NCBI GenBank assembly: GCA_001643675.2 | Contig: LSRY02000084.1 | Location: 1 to 43,604, forward strand | Origin: Monocercomonoides exilis PA203 | Lineage: Eukaryota > Protista > Preaxostyla | Reading direction: 5' to 3' | Length of the DNA stretch: 43,604 nt | In this document: piece by piece, positions 14,301-29,300 of the stretch | Layout of the letters: each line of letters starts with the position of its first letter | Numbering within the stretch: position 1 is the stretch's first letter | The notes under the pieces: model-generated | Told to the model about the DNA's origin: nothing | Seen by the model: the letters and a program-made list of their open reading frames with translations, nothing else | Databases searched by the model: none | Program-made: the position numbers and the translations under genes

Positions 14301-17300
14301 ATAAAAACAAATTGCACCTTTCAAAACCTCGGATCGTCAATTCTGAGCAAAATCGATAGATTTTGCCTGCCTACAAAAAAATAAAAATTTAAAAAAATTG
14401 CATAAAAATAACTTACAAACCGAATTGAATGCGAGTTGCTGCGCAACGTTGTAACAGTGGCGACACACACATATCGCTCGCCTCCACCCCAAATGCTCAC
14501 CCCTTTTCTGATAAAGAAGGAAAAAATGACTGAAAAGGGGTCATTCAGATAGACTGAAAAAATGAAAATATTTTTTTAAAAAAGAAAGAATGACCAGACA
14601 ACAAAAAGAATGTGTGTTTGGGAGGTGTTATGACAAAAGTTAAAAAAGAAAAATAAAAACAAATTGCACCTTTCAAAACCTCGGATCGTCAATTCTGAGC
14701 AAAATCGATAGATTTTGCCTGCCAACTACAAAAAAATAAAAATTTAAAAAAATTGCATAAAAATAACTTACAAACCGAATTGAATGCGAGTTGCTGCGCA
14801 ACGTGTAACAATTGGCGACACACACATATCGCTCGCCTCCACCCCAAATGCTCACCCCTTTTCTGATAAAGAAGGGAAAAAAATGGCTGAAAAGGGGGTC
14901 ATTCAGATAGACTGAAAAAATGAAAATATTTTTAAAAAGAAAGAATGACCAGACAACAAAAAGAATGTGTGTTTGGGAGGTGTTATGACAAAAGTTAAAA
15001 AAGAAAAATAAAAACAAATTGCACCTTTCAAAACCTCGGATCGTCAATTCTGAGCAAAATCGATAGATTTTGCCTGCCAACCTAAAAAAATAAAAATTTA
15101 AAAATTGCATAAAAATAACTTACAAACCGAATTGAATGCGAGTTGCTGCGCAACGTGTAACAATTGGCGACACACACATATCGCTCGCCTCCACCCCAAA
15201 TGCTCACCCTTTTCTGATAAAGAAGGAAAAATGACTGAAAAAGGGGGTCATTCAGATAGACTGAAAAAATGAAAATATTTTTTTTAAAAAGAAAGAATGA
15301 CCAGACAACAAAAAGAATGTGTGTTTGGGAGGTGTTATGACAAAAGTTAAAAAAGAAAAATAAAAACAAATTGCACCTTTCAAAACCTCGGATCGTCAAT
15401 TCTGAGCAAAATCGATAGATTTTGCCTGCCAACAAAAAAATAAAAATTTAAAAAAATTGCATAAAAATAACTTACAAACCGAATTGAATGCGAGTTGCTG
15501 CGCAACGTGTAACAATTGGCGACACACACATATCGCTCGCCTCCACCCCAAATGCTCACCCCTTTTCTGATAAAGAAGGAAAAAATGACTGAAAAAGGGG
15601 GTCATTCAGATAGACTGAAAAATGAAAATATTTTTAAAAAAGAAAGAATGACCAGACAACAAAAAGAATGTGTGTTTGGGAGGTGTTATGACAAAAGTTA
15701 AAAAAGAAAAATAAAAACAAATTGCACCTTTCAAAACCTCGGATCGTCAATTCTGAGCAAAATCGATAGATTTTGCCTGCCAACTACTAAAAATAAAAAT
15801 TTAAAAAAAATTGCATAAAAATAACTTACAAACCGAATTGAATGCGAGTTGCTGCGCAACGTGTAACAATTGGCGACACACATATCGCTCGCCTCCACCC
15901 CAAATGCCACCCCTTTTCTGATAAAGAAGGAAAAATGACTGAAAAGGGGGTCATTCAGATAGACTGAAAAATGAAAATATTTTTTTAAAAAAGAAAGAAT
16001 GACCAGACAACAAAAAGAATGTGTGTTTGGGAGGTGTTATGACAAAAGTTAAAAAAGAAAAATAAAAACAAATTGCACCTTTCAAAACCTCGGATCGTCA
16101 ATTCTGAGCAAAATCGATAGATTTTGCCTGCCAACACAAAAATAAAAATTTAAAAAAATTGCATAAAAATAACTTACAAACCGAATTGAATGCGAGTTGC
16201 TGCGCAACGTGTAACAATTGGCGACACACACATATCGCTCGCCTCCACCCCAAATGCTCACCCCTTTTCTGATAAAGAAGGAAAAAATGACTGAAAAAGG
16301 GGGTCATTCAGATAGACTGAAAAATGAAAATATTTTTTTAAAAAAGAAAGAATGACCAGACAACAAAAAGAATGTGTGTTTGGGAGGTGTTATGACAAAA
16401 GTTAAAAAGAAAAAATAAAAACAAATTGCACCTTTCAAAACCTCGGATCGTCAATTCTGAGCAAAATCGATAGATTTTGCCTGCCAACACTAAAAAATAA
16501 AAATTTAAAAAATTGCATAAAAATAACTTACAAACCGAATTGAATGCGAGTTGCTGCGCAACGTGTAACAATTGGCGACACACATAGCTCGCCTCCACCC
16601 CAAATGCTCACCCCTTTTCTGATAAAGAAGGAAAAAATGACTGAAAAAGGGGGTCATTCAGATAGACTGAAAAAATGAAAATATTTTTTTTAAAAAAGAA
16701 AGAATGACCAGACAACAAAAAGAATGTGTGTTTGGGAGGTGTTATGACAAAAGTTAAAAAAGAAAAATAAAAACAAATTGCACCTTTCAAAACCTCGGAT
16801 CGTCAATTCTGAGCAAAATCGATAGATTTTGCCTGCCAACACAAAAAAATAAAAATTTAAAAAAATTGCATAAAAATAACTTACAAACCGAATTGAATGC
16901 GAGTTGCTGCGCAACGTGTAACAATTGGCGACACACACATATCGCTCGCCTCCACCCCAAATGCTCACCTTTTCTGATAAAGAAGGAAAAATGACTGAAA
17001 AAGGGGGTCATTCAGATAGACTGAAAAAATGAAAATATTTTTAAAAAAGAAAGAATGACCAGACAACAAAAAGAATGTGTGTTTGGGAGGTGTTATGACA
17101 AAAGTTAAAAAAGAAAAATAAAAACAAATTGCACCTTTCAAAACCTCGGATCGTCAATTCTGAGCAAAATCGATAGATTTTGCCTGCCAACACAAAAAAT
17201 AAAAATTTAAAAAAATTGCATAAAAATAACTTACAAACCGAATTGAATGCGAGTTGCTGCGCAACGTGTAACAATTGGCGACACACACATATCGCTCGCC

Positions 17301-20300
17301 TCCACCCCAAATGCTCACCCCTTTTCTGATAAAGAAGGAAAAATGACTGAAAAAGGGGTCATTCAGATAGACTGAAAAATGAAAATATTTTTTTTTAAAA
17401 AGAAAGAATGACCAGACAACAAAAAGAATGTGTGTTTGGGAGGTGTTATGACAAAAGTTAAAAAAGAAAAATAAAAACAAATTGCACCTTTCAAAACCTC
17501 GGATCGTCAATTCTGAGCAAAATCGATAGATTTTGCCTGCCAACACAAAAAAATAAAAATTTAAAAAAATTGCATAAAAATAACTTACAAACCGAATTGA
17601 ATGCGAGTTGCTGCGCAACGTGTAACAATTGGCGACACACACATATCGCTCGCCTCCACCCCAAATGCTCACCCCTTTTCTGATAAAGAAGGAAAAAATG
17701 ACTGAAAAAGGGGGTCATTCAGATAGACTGAAAAAATGAAAATATTTTTAAAAAGAAAGAATGACCAGACAACAAAAAGAATGTGTGTTTGGGAGGTGTT
17801 ATGACAAAAGTTAAAAAGAAAAATAAAAACAAATTGCACCTTTCAAAACCTCGGATCGTCAATTCTGAGCAAAATCGATAGATTTTGCCTGCCAACACAA
17901 AAAATAAAAATTTAAAAAAATTGCATAAAAATAACTTACAAACCGAATTGAATGCGAGTTGCTGCGCAACGTTGTAACAATTGGCGACACACACATATCG
18001 CTCGCCTCCACCCCAAATGCTCACCCCTTTTCTGATAAAGAAGGAAAAAATGACTGAAAAAGGGGGTCATTCAGATAGACTGAAAAATGAAAATATTTTT
18101 TAAAAAAGAAAGAATGACCAGACAACAAAAAGAATGTGTGTTTGGGAGGTGTTATGACAAAAGTTAAAAAAGAAAAATAAAAACAAATTGCACCTTTCAA
18201 AACCTCGGATCGTCAATTCTGAGCAAAATCGATAGATTTTGCCTGCCAACACAAAAAAATAAAAATTTAAAAAAATTGCATAAAAATAACTTACAAACCG
18301 AATTGAATGCGAGTTGCTGCGCAACGTGTAACAATTGGCGACACACACATATCGCTCGCCTCCACCCCAAATGCTCACCTTTTCTGATAAAGAAGGAAAA
18401 ATGACTGAAAAAAGGGGTCATTCAGATAGACTGAAAAAATGAAAATATTTTTAAAAAAGAAAGAATGACCAGACAACAAAAAGAATGTGTGTTTGGGAGG
18501 TGTTATGACCAAAAGTTAAAAAAGAAAAATAAAAACAAATTGCACCTTTCAAAACCTCGGATCGTCAATTCTGAGCAAAATCGATAGATTTTGCCTGCCA
18601 ACACAAAAAATAAAAATTTAAAAAAATTGCATAAAAATAACTTACAAACCGAATTGAATGCGAGTTGCTGCGCAACGTGTAACAATTGGCGACACACACA
18701 TATCGCTCGCCTCCACCCCAAATGCTCACCCCTTTTCTGATAAAGAAGGAAAAATGACTGAAAAAGGGGTCATTCAGATAGACTGAAAAAATGAAAATAT
18801 TTTTAAAAAAGAAAGAATGACCAGACAACAAAAAGAATGTGTGTTTGGGAGGTGTTATGACAAAAGTTAAAAAAGAAAAATAAAAACAAATTGCACCTTT
18901 CAAAACCTCGGATCGTCAATTCTGAGCAAAATCGATAGATTTTGCCTGCCAACACAAAAAATAAAAATTTAAAAAAATTGCATAAAAATAACTTACAAAC
19001 CGAATTGAATGCGAGTTGCTGCGCAACGTGTAACAATTGGCGACACACACATATCGCTCGCCTCCACCCCAAATGCTCACCCCTTTTCTGATAAAGAAGG
19101 AAAAATGACTGAAAAAGGGGTCATTCAGATAGACTGAAAAAATGAAAATATTTTTTTAAAAAGAAAGAATGACCAGACAACAAAAAGAATGTGTGTTTGG
19201 GAGGTGTTATGACAAAAGTTAAAAAAGAAAAATAAAAACAAATTGCACCTTTCAAAACCTCGGATCGTCAATTCTGAGCAAAATCGATAGATTTTGCCTG
19301 CCAACACAAAAAAATAAAAATTTAAAAAAATTGCATAAAAATAACTTACAAACCGAATTGAATGCGAGTTGCTGCGCAACGTGTAACAATTAGCGACACA
19401 CACATATCGCTCGCCTCCACCCCAAATGCTCACCCCTTTTCTGATAAAGAAGGAAAAATGACTGAAAAAGGGGTCATTCAGATAGACTGAAAAATGAAAA
19501 TATTTTTTTAAAAAAGAAAGAATGACCAGACAACAAAAAGAATGTGTGTTTGGGAGGTGTTATGACAAAAGTTAAAAAAGAAAAATAAAAACAAATTGCA
19601 CCTTTCAAAACCTCGGATCGTCAATTCTGAGCAAAATCGATAGATTTTGCCTGCCAATACAAAAAAATAAAAATTTAAAAAAATTGCATAAAAATAACTT
19701 ACAAACCGAATTGAATGCGAGTTGCTGCGCAACGTGTAACAATTGGCGACACACATATCGCTCGCCTCCACCCCAAATGCTCACCCCTTTTCTGATAAAG
19801 AAGGAAAAATGACTGAAAAAGGGGGTCATTCAGATAGACTGAAAAATGAAAATATTTTTTAAAAAGAAAGAATGACCAGACAACAAAAAAGAATGTGTGT
19901 TTGGGAGGTGTTATGACAAAAGTTAAAAAAGAAAAATAAAAACAAATTGCACCTTTCAAAACCTCGGATCGTCAATTCTGAGCAAAATCGATAGATTTTG
20001 CCTGCCAACACAAAAAAATAAAAATTTAAAAAATTGCATAAAAATAACTTACAAACCGAATTGAATGCGAGTTGCTGCGCGTGTAACAATTGGCGACACA
20101 CACATATCGCTCGCCTCCACCCCAAATGCTCACCCCTTTTCTGATAAAGAAGGAAAAATGACTGAAAAAGGGGGTCATTCAGATAGACTGAAAAAATGAA
20201 AATATTTTTTTAAAAAGAAAGAATGACCAGACAACAAAAAGAATGTGTGTTTGGGAGGTGTTATGACAAAAGTTAAAAAAGAAAAATAAAAACAAATTGC

Positions 20301-23300
20301 ACCTTTCAAAACCTCGGATCGTCAATTCTGAGCAAAATCGATAGATTTTGCCTGCCAACTACAAAAAATAAAAATTTAAAAAAATTGCATAAAAATAACT
20401 TACAAACCGAATTGAATGCGAGTTGCTGCGCAACGTGTAACAATTGGCGACACACACATATCGCTCGCCTCCACCCCAAATGCTCACCCCTTTTCTGATA
20501 AAGAAGGAAAAAATGACTGAAAAGGGGGTCATTCAGATAGACTGAAAAAATAAATATTTTTTTAAAAAAGAAAGAATGACCAGACAACAAAAAGAATGTG
20601 TGTTTGGGAGGTGTTATGACAAAAGTTAAAAGAAAAATAAAAACAAATTGCACCTTTCAAAACCTCGGATCGTCAATTCTGAGCAAAATCGATAGATTTT
20701 GCCTGCCAACAAAAAAATAAAAATTTAAAAAAATTGCAAAAAATAACTTACAAACCGAATTGAATGCGAGTTGCTGCGCAACGTGTAACAATTGGCGACA
20801 CACACATATCGCTCGCCTCCACCCCAAATGCTCACCCCTTTTCTGATAAAGAAGGAAAAAATGACTGAAAAAGGGGGTCATTCAGATAGACTGAAAAAAT
20901 GAAAATATTTTTTTAAAAAAGAAAGAATGACCAGACAACAAAAAGAATGTGTGTTTGGGAGGTGTTATGACAAAAGTTAAAAAAGAAAAATAAAAACAAA
21001 TTGCACCTTTCAAAACCTCGGATCGTCAATTCTGAGCAAAATCGATAGATTTTGCCTGCCAACAAAAAAATTTAAAAAAATTGCATAAAAATAACTTACA
21101 AACCGAATTGAATGCGAGTTGCTGCGCAACGTGTAACAATTGGCGACACACACATATCGCTCGCCTCCACCCCAAATGCTCACCCCTTTTCTGATAAAGA
21201 AGGAAAAATGACTGAAAAAGGGGTCATTCAGATAGACTGAAAAATGAAAATATTTTTAAAAAAGAAAGAATGACCAGACAACAAAAAGAATGTGTGTTTG
21301 GGAGGTGTTATGACAAAAGTTAAAAAAGAAAAATAAAAACAAATTGCACCTTTCAAAACCTCGGATCGTCAATTCTGAGCAAAATCGATAGATTTTGCCT
21401 GCCAACTACAAAAAAATAAAATTTAAAAAAATTGCATAAAAATAACTTACAAACCGAATTGAATGCGAGTTGCTGCGCAACGTGTAACAATTGGCGACAC
21501 ACACATATCGCTCGCCTCCACCCCAAATGCTCACCCCTTTTCTGATAAAGAAGGAAAAATGACTGAAAAAGGGGTCATTCAGATAGACTGAAAAATGAAA
21601 ATATTTTTTTAAAAAAGAAAGAATGACCAGACAACAAAAAGAATGTGTGTTTGGGAGGTGTTATGACAAAAGTTAAAAAAGAAAAATAAAAACAAATTGC
21701 ACCTTTCAAAACCTCGGATCGTCAATTCTGAGCAAAATCGATAGATTTTGCCTGCCAACCTAAAAAATAAAAATTTAAAAAAATTGCATAAAAATAACAC
21801 AAACCGAATTGAATGCGAGTTGCTGCGCAACGTGTAACAATTGGCGACACACATATCGCTCGCCTCCACCCCAAATGCTCACCCCTTTTCTGATAAAGAA
21901 GGAAAAATGACTGAAAAAGGGGGTCATTCAGATAGACTGAAAAATGAAAATATTTTTTTAAAAAGAAAGAATGACCAGACAACAAAAAGAATGTGTGTTT
22001 GGGAGGTGTTATGACAAAAGTTAAAAAAGAAAAATAAAAACAAATTGCACCTTTCAAAACCTCGGATCGTCAATTCTGAGCAAAATCGATAGATTTTGCC
22101 TGCCAACACAAAAATAAAAATTTAAAAAAATTGCATAAAAATAACTTACAAACCGAATTGAATGCGAGTTGCTGCGCAACGTGTAACAATTGGCGACACA
22201 CACATATCGCTCGCCTCCACCCCAAATGCTCACCCCTTTTCTGATAAAGAAGGAAAAATGACTGAAAAAGGGGGTCATTCAGATAGACTGAAAAAATGAA
22301 AATATTTTTTTAAAAAAGAAAGAATGACCAGACAACAAAAAGAATGTGTGTTTGGGAGGTGTTATGACAAAAGTTAAAAAAGAAAAATAAAAACAAATTG
22401 CACCTTTCAAAACCTCGGATCGTCAATTCTGAGCAAAATCGATAGATTTTGCCTGCCAACACAAAAATAAAAATTTAAAAAATTGCATAAAAATAACTTA
22501 CAAACCGAATTGAATGCGAGTTGCTGCGCAACGTGTAACAATTGGCGACACACACATATCGCTCGCCTCCACCCCAAATGCTCACCCCTTTTCTGATAAA
22601 GAAGGAAAAAATGACTGAAAAAGGGGTCATTCAGATAGACTGAAAAAATGAAAATATTTTTTTTAAAAAGAAAGAATGACCAGACAACAAAAAGAATGTG
22701 TGTTTGGGAGGTGTTATGACAAAAGTTAAAAAAGAAAAATAAAAACAAATTGCACCTTTCAAAACCTCGGATCGTCAATTCTGAGCAAAATCGATAGATT
22801 TTGCCTGCCAACACAAAAAAATAAAAATTTAAAAAATTGCATAAAAATAACTTACAAACCGAATTGAATGCGAGTTGCTGCGCAACGTGTAACAATTGGC
22901 GACACACACATATCGCTCGCCTCCACCCCAAATGCTCACCCCTTTTCTGATAAAGAAGGAAAAATGACTGAAAAAGGGGGTCATTCAGATAGACTGAAAA
23001 ATGAAAATATTTTTTTAAAAAGAAAGAATGACCAGACAACAAAAAGAATGTGTGTTTGGGAGGTGTTATGACAAAAGTTAAAAAAGAAAAATAAAAACAA
23101 ATTGCACCTTTCAAAACCTCGGATCGTCAATTCTGAGCAAAATCGATAGATTTTGCCTGCCAACAAAAAAATAAAAATTTAAAAAAATTGCATAAAAATA
23201 ACTTACAAACCGAATTGAATGCGAGTTGCTGCGCAACGTGTAACAATTGGCGACACACATATCGCTCGCCTCCACCCCAAATGCTCACCCCTTTTCTGAG

Positions 23301-26300
23301 TAAAAGAAGGAAAAAATGACTGAAAAAGGGGGTCATTCAGATAGACTGAAAAAATGAAAATATTTTTTTAAAAAGAAAGAATGACCAGACAACAAAAAGA
23401 ATGTGTGTTTGGGAGGTGTTATGACAAAAGTTAAAAAGAAAAATAAAAACAAATTGCACCTTTCAAAACCTCGGATCGTCAATTCTGAGCAAAATCGATA
23501 GATTTTGCCTGCCAACTACAAAAAAATAAAAATTTAAAAAAATTGCATAAAAATAACTTACAAACCGAATTGAATGCGAGTTGCTGCGCAACGTGTAACA
23601 ATTGGCGACACACACATATCGCTCGCCTCCACCCCAAATGCTCACCCCTTTTCTGATAAAGAAGGAAAAAATGACTGAAAAAGGGGTCATTCAGATAGAC
23701 TGAAAAAATGAAAATATTTTTTTAAAAAGAAAGAATGACCAGACAACAAAAAGAATGTGTGTTTGGGAGGTGTTATGACAAAAGTTAAAAAAGAAAAATA
23801 AAAACAAATTGCACCTTTCAAAACCTCGGATCGTCAATTCTGAGCAAAATCGATAGATTTTGCCTGCCAACTACAAAAAATAAAAATTTAAAAAATTGCA
23901 TAAAAATAACTTACAAACCGAATTGAATGCGAGTTGCTGCGCAACGTGTAACAATTGGCGACACACACATATCGCTCGCCTCCCACCCCAAATGCTCACC
24001 CCTTTTCTGATAAAGAAGGAAAAAATGACTGAAAAAGGGGGTCATTCAGATAGACTGAAAAAATGAAAATATTTTTTTAAAAGAAAGAATGACCAGACAA
24101 CAAAAAGAATGTGTGTTTGGGAGGTGTTATGACAAAAGTTAAAAAAGAAAAATAAAAACAAATTGCACCTTTCAAAACCTCGGATCGTCAATTCTGAGCA
24201 AAATCGATAGATTTTGCCTGCCAACACAAAAAATAAAAATTTAAAAAATTGCATAAAAATAACACAAACCGAATTGAATGCGAGTTGCTGCGCAACGGTG
24301 TAGTGGCGACACATATCGCTCGCCTCCACCCCAAATGCTCACCCCTTTTCTGATAAAGAAGGAAAAATGACTGAAAAGGGGTCATTCAGATAGACTGAAA
24401 AAATGAAAATATTTTTTTAAAAAAGAAAGAATGACCAGACAACAAAAAGAATGTGTGTTTGGGAGGTGTTATGACAAAAGTTAAAAAAGAAAATAAAAAC
24501 AAATTGCACCTTTCAAAACCTCGGATCGTCAATTCTGAGCAAAATCGATAGATTTTGCCTGCCAACACAAAAAATAAAAATTTAAAAAATTGCATAAAAA
24601 TAACTTACAAACCGAATTGAATGCGAGTTGCTGCGCAACGTGTAACAATTGGCGACACACACATATCGCTCGCCTCCACCCCAAATGCTCACCCCTTTTC
24701 TGATAAAGAAGGAAAAATGACTGAAAAAGGGGGTCATTCAGATAGACTGAAAAAATGAAAATATTTTTTAAAAAGAAAGAATGACCAGACAACAAAAAGA
24801 ATGTGTGTTTGGGAGGTGTTATGACAAAAGTTAAAAGAAAAATAAAAACAAATTGCACCTTTCAAAACCTCGGATCGTCAATTCTGAGCAAAATCGATAG
24901 ATTTTGCCTGCCAACACAAAAAATAAAAATTTAAAAAATTGCATAAAAATAACTTACAAACCGAATTGAATGCGAGTTGCTGCGCAACGTGTAACAATTG
25001 GCGACACACACATATCGCTCGCCTCCACCCCAAATGCTCACCCCTTTTCTGATAAAGAAGGAAAAATGACTGAAAAAGGGGGTCATTCAGATAGACTGAA
25101 AAATGAAAATATTTTTTAAAAAAAGAAAGAATGACCAGACAACAAAAAGAATGTGTGTTTGGGAGGTGTTATGACAAAAGTTAAAAAAGAAAAATAAAAA
25201 CAAATTGCACCTTTCAAAACCTCGGATCGTCAATTCTGAGCAAAATCGATAGATTTTGCCTGCCAACACAAAAAAATAAAAATTTAAAAAATTGCATAAA
25301 AATAACTTACAAACCGAATTGAATGCGAGTTGCTGCGCAACGTGTAACAATTGGCGACACACACATATCGCTCGCCTCCACCCCAAATGCTCACCCCTTT
25401 TCTGATAAAGAAGGAAAAATGACTGAAAAAGGGGGTCATTCAGATAGACTGAAAAAATGAAAATATTTTTTTAAAAAAGAATGACCAGACAACAAAAAGA
25501 ATGTGTGTTTGGGAGGTGTTATGACAAAAGTTAAAAAGAAAAATAAAAACAAATTGCACCTTTCAAAACCTCGGATCGTCAATTCTGAGCAAAATCGATA
25601 GATTTTGCCTGCCAACACAAAAAAATAAAAATTTAAAAAAATTGCATAAAAATAACTTACAAACCGAATTGAATGCGAGTTGCTGCGCAACGTGTAACAA
25701 TTGGCGACACACACATATCGCTCGCCTCCACCCCAAATGCTCACCCCTTTTCTGATAAAGAAGGAAAAAATGACTGAAAAAGGGGTCATTCAGATAGACT
25801 GAAAAATGAAAATATTTTTTTAAAAAAGAAAGAATGACCAGACAACAAAAAGAATGTGTGTTTGGGAGGTGTTATGACAAAAGTTAAAAAAGAAAAATAA
25901 AAACAAATTGCACCTTTCAAAACCTCGGATCGTCAATTCTGAGCAAAATCGATAGATTTTGCCTGCCAAAAAAATAAAAATTTAAAAAAATTGCATAAAA
26001 ATAACTTACAAACCGAATTGAATGCGAGTTGCTGCGCAACGTGTAACAATTGGCGACACACACATATCGCTCGCCTCCACCCCAAATGCTCACCCCTTTT
26101 CTGATAAAGAAGGAAAAATGACTGAAAAGGGGGTCATTCAGATAGACTGAAAAATGAAAATATTTTTAAAAAGAAAGAATGACCAGACAACAAAAAGAAT
26201 GTGTGTTTGGGAGGTGTTATGACAAAAGTTAAAAAAGAAAAATAAAAACAAATTGCACCTTTCAAAACCTCGGATCGTCAATTCTGAGCAAAATCGATAG

Positions 26301-29300
26301 ATTTTGCCTGCCAACACAAAAAATAAAAATTTAAAAAATTGCATAAAAATAACTTACAAACCGAATTGAATGCGAGTTGCTGCGCAACGTGTAACAATTG
26401 GCGACACACACATATCGCTCGCCTCCACCCCAAATGCTCACCCCTTTTCTGATAAAGAAGGAAAAAACTGAAAAAGGGGGTCATTCAGATAGACTGAAAA
26501 ATGAAAATATTTTTTTAAAAAAGAAAGAATGACCAGACAACAAAAAGAATGTGTGTTTGGGAGGTGTTATGACAAAAGTTAAAAAGAAAAATAAAAACAA
26601 ATTGCACCTTTCAAAACCTCGGATCGTCAATTCTGAGCAAAATCGATAGATTTTGCCTGCCAACACAAAAAATAAAAATTTAAAAAAATTGCATAAAAAT
26701 AACTTACAAACCGAATTGAATGCGAGTTGCTGCGCAACGTGTAACAATTGGCGACACACACATATCGCTCGCCTCCACCCCAAATGCTCACCCCTTTTCT
26801 GATAAAGAAGGAAAAATGACTGAAAAAGGGGTCATTCAGATAGACTGAAAAATGAAAATATTTTTTTAAAAAGAAAGAAATGACCAACAAAAAGAATGTG
26901 TGTTTGGGAGGTGTTATGAAAAACAAAAAAAAAATAAAAACAAATTGCACCTTTCAAAACCTCGGATCGTCAATTCTGAGCAAAATCGATAGATTTTGCC
27001 TGCCAACACAAAAAAAAAATAAAAAAATTGCATAAAAATAACTTACAAACCGAATTGAATGCGAGTTGCTGCGCAACGTAACAATTGGCGACACACACAT
27101 ATCGCTCGCCTCCACCCCAAATGCTCACCCCTTTTCTGATAAAGAAGGAAAAAATGACTGAAAAAGGGGGTCATTCAGATAGACTGAAAAAATGAAAATA
27201 TTTTTTTTTAAAGAAAAGAATGACCAGACAACAAAAAGAATGTGTGTTTGGGAGGTGTTATGACAAAAGTTAAAAAGAAAAATAAAAACAAATTGCACCT
27301 TTCAAAACCTCGGATCGTCAATTCTGAGCAAAATCGATAGATTTTGCCTGCCAACTACAAAAAAATAAAAATTTAAAAAATTGCATAAAAATAACTTACA
27401 AACCGAATTGAATGCGAGTTGCTGCGCAACGTGTAACAATTGGCGACACACACATATCGCTCGCCTCCACCCCAAATGCTCACCCCTTTTCTGATAAAGA
27501 AGGAAAAAATGACTGAAAAGGGGGTCATTCAGATAGACTGAAAAAATGAAAATATTTTTTTAAAAAAGAAAGAATGAAAACCAGACAACAAAAAAGAAAT
27601 GTGTGTGTTTGGGAGGTGTTATGACAAAAGTTAAAGAAAAAATAAAAAACAAATTGCACCTTTCAAAACCTCGGATCGTCAATTCTGAGCAAAATCGATA
27701 GATTTTGCCTGCCAACACAAAAATAAAAATTTAAAAAATTGCATAAAAATAACTTACAAACCGAATTGAATGCGAGTTGCTGCGCAACGTGTAACAATTG
27801 GCGACACACACATATCGCTCGCCTCCACCCCAAATGCTCACCCCTTTTCTGATAAAGAAGGAAAAATGACTGAAAAAGGGGTCATTCAGATAGACTGAAA
27901 AATGAAAATATTTTTTAAAAAAGAAAGAATGACCAGACAACAAAAAGAATGTGTGTTTGGGAGGTGTTATGACAAAAGTTAAAAAGAAAAATAAAAACAA
28001 ATTGCACCTTTCAAAACCTCGGATCGTCAATTCTGAGCAAAATCGATAGATTTTGCCTGCCAACACAAAAATAAAAATTTAAAAAATTGCATAAAAATAA
28101 CTTACAAACCGAATTGAATGCGAGTTGCTGCGCAACGTGTAACAATTGGCGACACACACATATCGCTCGCCTCCACCCCAAATGCTCACCCCTTTTCTGA
28201 TAAAGAAGGAAAAAATGACTGAAAAGGGGGTCATTCAGATAGACTGAAAAAATGAAAATATTTTTAAAAAAGAAAGAATGACCAGACAACAAAAAGAATG
28301 TGTGTTTGGGAGGTGTTATGACAAAAGTTAAAAAAGAAAAATAAAAACAAATTGCACCTTTCAAAACCTCGGATCGTCAATTCTGAGCAAAATCGATAGA
28401 TTTTGCCTGCCAACTACAAAAAAATAAAAATTTAAAAAATTGCATAAAAATAACTTACAAACCGAATTGAATGCGAGTTGCTGCGCAACGTGTAACAATT
28501 GGCGACACACACATATCGCTCGCCTCCACCCCAAATGCTCACCCCTTTTCTGATAAAGAAGGAAAAATGACTGAAAAAGGGGGTCATTCAGATAGACTGA
28601 AAAAATGAAAATATTTTTTAAAAAAGAAAGAATGACCAGACAACAAAAAGAATGTGTGTTTGGGAGGTGTTATGACAAAAGTTAAAAAAGAAAAATAAAA
28701 ACAAATTGCACCTTTCAAAACCTCGGATCGTCAATTCTGAGCAAAATCGATAGATTTTGCCTGCCAACACAAAAAAATAAAAATTTAAAAAAATTGCATA
28801 AAAATAACTTACAAACCGAATTGAATGCGAGTTGCTGCGCAACGTGTAACAATTGGCGACACACACATATCGCTCGCCTCCACCCCAAATGCTCACCCCT
28901 TTTCTGATAAAGAAGGAAAAATGACTGAAAAAGGGGTCATTCAGATAGACTGAAAAAATGAAAATATTTTTTTAAAAAAGAAAGAATGACCAGACAACAA
29001 AAAGAATGTGTGTTTGGGAGGTGTTATGACAAAAGTTAAAAAAGAAAAATAAAAACAAATTGCACCTTTCAAAACCTCGGATCGTCAATTCTGAGCAAAA
29101 TCGATAGATTTTGCCTGCCAACAAAAAAATAAAAATTTAAAAAATTGCATAAAAATAACTTACAAACCGAATTGAATGCGAGTTGCTTGCGCAGCGTTGT
29201 AACAATTGGCGACACACACATATCGCTCGCCTCCACCCCAAATGCTCACCCCTTTTCTGATAAAGAAGGAAAAATGACTGAAAAGGGGGTCATTCAGATA